Assembly (NCBI GenBank): GCA_964627855.1
Contig: CAZVLE010000047.1
Span: 29,929-93,928, forward strand
Direction: 5' to 3'
DNA from: an uncultured Syntrophomonadaceae bacterium
Lineage (GTDB): Bacteria; Bacillota; Dethiobacteria; DTU022
Length of the DNA: 64,000 nt
Position numbers and translations under genes: made by a program. The notes under the pieces were generated by a model, which was not told the origin of the DNA, did no database searches, and worked only from the letters and a program-made list of their open reading frames with translations. Of this stretch, positions 58,481 through 64,000 are shown in pieces; position 1 is the first letter of the stretch, and every line of letters begins with the position of its first letter.

Positions 58481-59708
58481 CTTTTTCCAGATCCTCCACC
58501 GGAAGTAGTTCCTTCTCAGAATCTTCCTGGTTTTCCACTGCCTCTTTTTCTGAACCTGCATCAGAATCATCATTAGCGCCGTTCAGGGAACCATCGTCTG
58601 CCTCAACTTTATCATCCGCAGTGATATCCTCTTCTGCATTTTCATCTGCCAGGCCAATGGCAGAAAGACTTTTTTCCGTATACTGCGTTTCACTGGAAAT
58701 ATCTATTTTCCAGCCGGTTATTTTTGCCGCCAGGCGAGCATTTTGACCTTCCTTACCGATTGCCAGTGAAAGCTGACTATCGGGGACGACAACCGCTGCC
58801 GTTTTATTTTCCGAGTCAAGATTGACTGAGGAGACTTTAGCCGGACTAAGAGCATTGGCAATATATTCTTCCGATTCTTCACTCCATTTAACAATATCAA
58901 TTTTTTCGCCCTTTAGTTCATTGCTGATAGCCTGAACACGACTCCCCTTCGGCCCGACACATGCGCCAACAGGATCGATATCTTTATTGTTTGATAGCAC
59001 AGCAATCTTGGAGCGATAACCTGCCTCCCTTGCCGTAGCTTTAATTTCAATAATCCCCTCATATATTTCCGGAACTTCCATTTCGAAAAGGCGCTTCAGA
59101 AAACCGGTATGAGTCCTCGATAAAATAATTTGTGGTCCCTTGGTAGTTTTCTTGACTTCAGCTATATATGCTTTAACCCTTTCTCCCTGGCGGTAACGTT
59201 CATAGGGTATCTGCTCATCTACAGGCAGTACTGCTTCAGTTCTTCCCAGGTCAATGATTACATTTCTCTGTTCAAACCTTCTCACCAGCCCGGTGATTAT
59301 CTCTTCGGTGCGATCAACGAAATTTTCATAAATCAATTCTCTTTCCGCTTCCCTGATTCTTTGAATGACAACCTGTTTTGCTGTTTGGGCGGCAATGCGG
59401 CCAAATTCTCTTGGCGTAACTTCCATTTCAACAATATCACCAATCTGGCACCGGGGGTCATAAACCCTTGCCTCATAAAGGCTAACTTCCTGCTGATCCT
59501 GCTCAACTTCTTCTACTACTTTCAATTGTGAAAAAACGGTAATTTCACCGGTTTCACGATCAAGGTTAACCCGCACAGCTGGAGCTGATTGGAAGTTTCT
59601 CTTGTATGCAGATATGAGCGCAACTTCCAGGGCCTCAAATAACACCTCTTTGCTGATGCCCTTTTCTTTTTCCAGTAATTCAATGGCAGAAAAAAGATCC
59701 TTATTCAT
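58464..59708 (-). CDS. nusA: Transcription termination/antitermination factor NusA
   Basis: An S1 domain, two KH domains (ACVGPKGSRVQ, AIGKEGQNARLA) and an acidic C-terminal tail. ATG 59708 follows AAGGAGG. Confidence 0.95.
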   Translation of the reverse strand: MNKDLFSAIELLEKEKGISKEVLFEALEVALISAYKRNFQSAPAVRVNLDRETGEITVFSQLKVVEEVEQDQQEVSLYEARVYDPRCQIGDIVEMEVTPREFGRIAAQTAKQVVIQRIREAERELIYENFVDRTEEIITGLVRRFEQRNVIIDLGRTEAVLPVDEQIPYERYRQGERVKAYIAEVKKTTKGPQIILSRTHTGFLKRLFEMEVPEIYEGIIEIKATAREAGYRSKIAVLSNNKDIDPVGACVGPKGSRVQAISNELKGEKIDIVKWSEESEEYIANALSPAKVSSVNLDSENKTAAVVVPDSQLSLAIGKEGQNARLAAKITGWKIDISSETQYTEKSLSAIGLADENAEEDITADDKVEADDGSLNGANDDSDAGSEKEAVENQEDSEKELLPVEDLEKDEQKA

Positions 59709-59739
59709 GCTTGGCAACCTCCTTTCTCTAAGAAATAAA

Positions 59740-60210
59740 CTATTTTTCTGGCCTTGTATACCAGAGGTTTGCTTTTTCAATCAACTGATAGGGCAGCTCA
59801 ACCACTCTTCTATCCATCAGTTCCAGCTCTATCGAGTTATCACTTACACTTCTCAATCTACCGCTAAACTTTTTAGTCCCATCTATTTCTTCGCTGAGCC
59901 GCACCTTGACTTTTTCGCCCTTAAAACGATAAAAATGCGATATCTTCGTTAAGGGTCGTTCCGGGCCTGGCGATGATACTTCCAGGGTATATGAACCGTG
60001 AATTAGATCTTTATGGTCAAGCTGATCTGATACTACCCTGCTGATATGAGCACAATCATCAACTGAAATGCCGTTTTCATGATCTATATAAATCATGAGG
60101 CGCCCGTTTCTACCGGCAACGTATTGTAAGAAGACCAGTTCAAAACCTTCTTTTTCAATCAAAGGTTCGAGCAGTGTTATTAATTGCCGCCTGGTTTCCT
60201 CTCTTGTCAT
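59740..60210 (-). CDS. rimP: Ribosome maturation factor RimP
   Basis: 156 aa with GFELVFLQYV..GR...L.IYID and LEVSSPG. Confidence 0.9.
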   Translation of the reverse strand: MTREETRRQLITLLEPLIEKEGFELVFLQYVAGRNGRLMIYIDHENGISVDDCAHISRVVSDQLDHKDLIHGSYTLEVSSPGPERPLTKISHFYRFKGEKVKVRLSEEIDGTKKFSGRLRSVSDNSIELELMDRRVVELPYQLIEKANLWYTRPEK

Positions 60211-60382
60211 CGACCGCTATGCCTCGCTATATTTTTTCAGAACAACGCAAAAAAGCCCTACTAAGATCAAAGAGTGGGAAATCCCCACCCTTAAAAGATC
60301 AATCGTTACACCTACAATAATTTAACATAAAAAAAGCATCTGTGCAAGGCAGGATAAACTATATAATATTTTACAACTTTGT

Positions 60383-61021
60383 TTAAGCATCTCTCCTGAA
60401 GACATAGATCAGGATTTCCCAATACATCTTAATCCTGGCCCAGATTCCTTTCCAGAGGCCCAGCTTTTCTTCCTTCATTACGTGAGAAAGATCAGGCAGC
60501 TGAACCTCGGTAACTACAATTTCATTATCTTCAACATAACGATGCAATGCCACTTCCAACCCGAAACGGGAAAGGTCAAGGTCAGAAATGTTTTCTAAAA
60601 GCTCTCTCTTCAGCGCCCTTTGCCCAGATAGAAAGGGGGCCATTTTTTGTGCTAAGTCTGTTGCTACCCTGCCTTTTTCAAACAACCCTACAGACATCAG
60701 AGCTTCTTCATTCATAACCGGTGAAAGAAGCGCTTCGACATGTTCGGTCGTTAATCCGATCAGATCTGCATCAACGATAAGGATTACCTCAGCGCTACAA
60801 TGATCCAGGCCTGCTTGAACAGCGCCGCCCTTACCCCTGTTGTTCAACAAGTCAATTATCAGAACACCGTCATGATTGCCGGCAACCTTAACTGTTTCAT
60901 CTTCAGAACCATCGCTGACAACAATAATTTCATCAATAAGATCAGTAGTTTTCATAACTGCCAAAACATCATTGATAGTCTTTTCTTCGTTATAAGCAGG
61001 TATTATTGCGGCAGTTTTCAT
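60383..61021 (-). CDS. Family 2 glycosyltransferase (small, about 212 aa)
   Basis: AAIIPAYNEEKTI, VVSDGSEDET and VDADL (DXD motif), indicating a GT-A fold. Confidence 0.75.
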   Translation of the reverse strand: MKTAAIIPAYNEEKTINDVLAVMKTTDLIDEIIVVSDGSEDETVKVAGNHDGVLIIDLLNNRGKGGAVQAGLDHCSAEVILIVDADLIGLTTEHVEALLSPVMNEEALMSVGLFEKGRVATDLAQKMAPFLSGQRALKRELLENISDLDLSRFGLEVALHRYVEDNEIVVTEVQLPDLSHVMKEEKLGLWKGIWARIKMYWEILIYVFRRDA

Positions 61022-61022
61022 T

Positions 61023-62123
61023 TTAGAGCTGCTCCCCCGGCAAACTATTTCGTTCTCTTACCTCATTCTCGATCGCATCCCGCAAGGCCTGCAGCAACTG
61101 GTCTAAGGCAACAGTGCGGATAACCTTACCGTGACTAAATAGCAGCCCCTGTTTTTTCCCGGCCGCTATGCCGATATCAGCCTCCCTGGCTTCGCCAGGT
61201 CCATTTACAACACAACCCATGACAGCAACTTTCAGGGGCGCAGCGTAAGCTTCCAGCATCTTTGAGACTTCTTCAACCAGTGGTAGCAGTTCGGCTTCAC
61301 AACGTCCACAGGTCGGACATGATATTAACTCAGGACTGTACTCTTTTAAACCCAGGGCCTGGATGATCTGCCTGGCTACCAAGACCTCTTCGACCGGATC
61401 TGCAGTTAATGAAACGCGTATTGTATCACCGATACCCTCTGCCAGCAAAGTACCAATCCCAACAGCACCCTTAATCACTCCTGTCCTGAGCGGGCCGGCA
61501 CCGGTTACCCCCAGATGCAAAGGGTATTCACTTTTTTCTGCAAACAGACGGTAAGCACTTATCGTCGTATAAACATCAGACGCTTTCAGTGAAAAGATCA
61601 GGTCAGTGAAATCGGTGTTTTCAAATAATTCCAGCGAATTCAGGGCAGATTCAGCCAGGGCTGCCGCTGTAGCTCCACCATGCTTAGTGAGCAGGTTCCT
61701 TTCCAGGGAACCGGAATTTATGCCGATTCGAATTGGAACATTATAGCGTTCAGCTTTTCTGGCCAGGGTGACCAGCCTGTTTTTACTGCCAATATTTCCG
61801 GGATTGATCCTGATTTTTGCGGCTCCATTTTCAATGGCCTGTAAGGCGAGATCCAGGTCAAAGTGAATATCGGCAATTACCGGTATACTGCTGCCTTGCA
61901 CTATCTTTGACAGTGCTGCGGCAGCAGCACTGTCGGGTACAGCCACACGAACAAGTTCGCAACCGCACTCGACCAGCCTTTTTATCTGCTCGAGGGTTGT
62001 AAAAGAGTCGCCTGTCTTAGTATTGGTCATTGACTGAATTGCGACCGAGGCATTCCCACCGATCACAACACCACCGACATTAATTTGTCGAGTCAGTTTT
62101 CGTTTTAGCTTATCCATCTGCAA
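61023..62123 (-). CDS. ispG: 4-hydroxy-3-methylbut-2-en-1-yl diphosphate synthase
   Basis: IQSMTNT, RINPGNIG and the FeS Cys ligands (SCPTCGRC .. GCVVNGPGE). Confidence 0.93.
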   Translation of the reverse strand: MQMDKLKRKLTRQINVGGVVIGGNASVAIQSMTNTKTGDSFTTLEQIKRLVECGCELVRVAVPDSAAAAALSKIVQGSSIPVIADIHFDLDLALQAIENGAAKIRINPGNIGSKNRLVTLARKAERYNVPIRIGINSGSLERNLLTKHGGATAAALAESALNSLELFENTDFTDLIFSLKASDVYTTISAYRLFAEKSEYPLHLGVTGAGPLRTGVIKGAVGIGTLLAEGIGDTIRVSLTADPVEEVLVARQIIQALGLKEYSPELISCPTCGRCEAELLPLVEEVSKMLEAYAAPLKVAVMGCVVNGPGEAREADIGIAAGKKQGLLFSHGKVIRTVALDQLLQALRDAIENEVRERNSLPGEQL

Positions 62124-62172
62124 CCCTCGATCGTGATTTCATTTTTTCAGACACTACCTTAAGAGTTGCTGC

Positions 62173-63192
62173 TCAATCTCCGGGAATAATATCCCACCGT
62201 AATAGATCTTGATAACTAATAAAGAGAATGAGCAGAATTAGCAGGGCAAAGCCGATAAAATGAATGAAGCCTTCTTTCTCCGGATCGATACGTCGTCCGC
62301 GCACGGCTTCAACCAGGAGGAAAAAAAGGCGCCCTCCGTCAAGGGCGGGAATAGGCAGTAAGTTTAGAATGCCAAGGCTGATACTGAGCAAACCGGTTAG
62401 CATCAATAGATTCACAAAGCCTACCTGGGCCACTTCACCGATGATTATTACAATCCCGACGGGTCCGGCTACATCAAGAGGAGCCTGTCCTGTTATTACC
62501 TGAAAAATAGAGCTGACCACAAAGGTAAACTGTGCAAAACTGGCTTGCAGCGAAGCGAAAAACTGATACTTTTCCACTACCGGTATAATCCCGATCATAC
62601 CCCTGTCTGAATCGGGTGCAGCTTCTGCTGTAACATTATATTCCCTTGCCATTCCATCTCTTTCGATGAGCAGGGTCAACTCTTCATTCGGTCTCGCTGA
62701 AATAATGGTCAGAACATCATTCCATTCATGCACAGGATTACCGTCTATAGAAGTAATCAAGTCCCCCGCTTCAAGACCGACCGCCTCTGCCGGTGAATCC
62801 TCAACAACATTGCCAATGCGCGCCGTATCGGTTACGGAAATTCCGACCATAAAAAAGTAAATCATAAAAAATACGACTATAGCCAGCAACAGGTTCATAG
62901 CTGCCCCGGAAACCAGCACAGCAGCCCTGCTCAGTAGTGGTTTTTGGGGAAAGCTGTTTGGATCATCCGCTTCATCGGGGTTTTCACCAAGCATCCGACA
63001 AAAACCACCAAGAGGGAAGACACGTAAAGAATAATCGATATTGTTCTTTGTCCAGCCGATCAATTTAGGGCCAAAGCCGATGGCCAGTTCTAAAACCCTG
63101 ATACCAGTCAAGCGGGCAACAAAATAATGGCCCAGTTCGTGAACCAGGATCAGCAGTCCGAAAACAAAAATAGAAGCAATAAAGGTTTGCAT
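62173..63192 (-). CDS. rseP: Site-2 (RIP) zinc metalloprotease RseP/RasP family
   Basis: HELGHY, a PDZ domain (GLEAGDLITSIDG) and NLLPIPALDGG. Confidence 0.88.
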   Translation of the reverse strand: MQTFIASIFVFGLLILVHELGHYFVARLTGIRVLELAIGFGPKLIGWTKNNIDYSLRVFPLGGFCRMLGENPDEADDPNSFPQKPLLSRAAVLVSGAAMNLLLAIVVFFMIYFFMVGISVTDTARIGNVVEDSPAEAVGLEAGDLITSIDGNPVHEWNDVLTIISARPNEELTLLIERDGMAREYNVTAEAAPDSDRGMIGIIPVVEKYQFFASLQASFAQFTFVVSSIFQVITGQAPLDVAGPVGIVIIIGEVAQVGFVNLLMLTGLLSISLGILNLLPIPALDGGRLFFLLVEAVRGRRIDPEKEGFIHFIGFALLILLILFISYQDLLRWDIIPGD

Positions 63193-63193
63193 T

Positions 63194-64000
63194 TTAATTC
63201 ACCCTTCCTGTCAGTTCAGAAACGATCTCGGCTGCAGCATGCCGTGACCAGCGATCTGCTTCAATGACAGCACTGACACTGTCAATGGGAACAACCATAT
63301 GTTTATCCATTACCCCTGCAATAACTGTCGGTATCTCTGTAAACCTGATCCTGCCTGCTAAAAATTCAGTTACGGCAATCTCGTTAGCTCCATTAAGAAC
63401 AGCAGGCATCGTTTTACCTTCAGCTAACGCCTGAAAGGCAAGATCCAGGCATGGGAAATTATGGCGATCCGGATAGTCAAAATTTAATTGTTGTTCAAAG
63501 GGGCAAAACCTCTTCCTGGGACTATATTTTCGCTGCGGATAAGTTAAGGCATATTGAATGGCTATCCGCATGTCAGGCAGGCCCAGCTGGGCAATTAACG
63601 ATCCGTCAATGAATTCTACCATGGAATGAACAATGCTCTGCCTGTGGACGATTACTTCAATTTGCTCCGGCTTTAAGTTAAAAAGCCATTTAGCCTCAAT
63701 CACTTCAAGTCCCTTGTTCATCAAGGTTGCCGAGTCAATGGTAATTTTTCGACCCATCTGCCAATTTGGGTGCTTCAAAGCCATTTCCGGTGTTACCCTT
63801 TCCAGTGCCTCTAGTTCATAACCAAAAAATGGACCACCGGAAGCTGTTAGATATATTTTTTCTATATCCTCATAAGCTGAACCGCGCAGTGATTGCCAGA
63901 TAGCCGAATGCTCGCTGTCGATAGGATAGATTCGTTCCGGATCAAGTAGTTGAAGCTTTTCCAGGATTTCTCCACCGATAACCAGGGATTCCTTGTTGGC
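63194..64000 (-). CDS. dxr: 1-deoxy-D-xylulose 5-phosphate reductoisomerase, C-terminal part (5' end outside the window)
   Basis: The frame stays open beyond the tracked ATG to the window edge. The translation is ..ANKESLV..PIDSEHSAIWQ..LTASGGPF...HPNWQMGRKITIDSATLMNKGLEVIEA. Confidence 0.92.
   Translation of the reverse strand, partial: ANKESLVIGGEILEKLQLLDPERIYPIDSEHSAIWQSLRGSAYEDIEKIYLTASGGPFFGYELEALERVTPEMALKHPNWQMGRKITIDSATLMNKGLEVIEAKWLFNLKPEQIEVIVHRQSIVHSMVEFIDGSLIAQLGLPDMRIAIQYALTYPQRKYSPRKRFCPFEQQLNFDYPDRHNFPCLDLAFQALAEGKTMPAVLNGANEIAVTEFLAGRIRFTEIPTVIAGVMDKHMVVPIDSVSAVIEADRWSRHAAAEIVSELTGRVN

Noticed and set aside
1-64000. CRISPR arrays, rRNA genes, IS elements and prophage blocks.
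   Set aside because: I saw no regularly spaced direct repeats, rRNA-like conserved tracts, transposase ORFs or phage structural genes anywhere in the window.

Overview
This 64-kb chromosomal window looks like a moderate-GC, endospore-forming anaerobic Firmicute (spoVS, ymdB-rny, rimP-nusA-infB operon, tungsten-type AOR, Na+-decarboxylase subunits). The left edge is a conserved plus-strand block, miaB'-mutS-mutL-miaA-hfq-hflX, followed by lexA on the minus strand. From about 8.6 to 31.6 kb the content is accessory. It holds a ROK sugar kinase with no canonical start codon and a truncated corrinoid-protein relic. A 13.7-kb co-directional array then carries MoaD-like, AOR, Zn-ADH, a CUT2 sugar ABC transporter, two DUF4432 paralogs, an MtaA/URO-D-like protein, Fe-ADH, IclR and a transaldolase-like gene. 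After that come a monocistronic leuA behind a Leu T-box, an orphan tyrosine recombinase with a zinc-ribbon tail, envelope genes (GATase1-like lipoprotein, CapA-like, GT4) and tRNA-Gln. From 32 to 64 kb nearly everything is housekeeping on the minus strand: gltX, oadG/biotin-carrier/oadB-like subunits, PHP, spoVS, ymdB, rny, recX, recA, thpR, cinA, rimO, ftsK, uppP, rnj, dut, pnp, rpsO, ribF, truB, nrnA, rbfA, infB, ylxR, nusA, rimP, GT2, ispG, rseP and dxr'. The main points for follow-up are four. First, the AOR/ABC/DUF4432/URO-D/transaldolase array matches no pathway I recognise. Second, a promoter-leader module of about 70 bp is duplicated. Third, a repeat of about 140 bp has its central core inverted between two copies, with a third partial copy. 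Fourth, two genes have N-termini encoded in frame without an ATG/GTG/TTG start. All calls come from reading the sequence and ORF translations by eye. No database searches were run.
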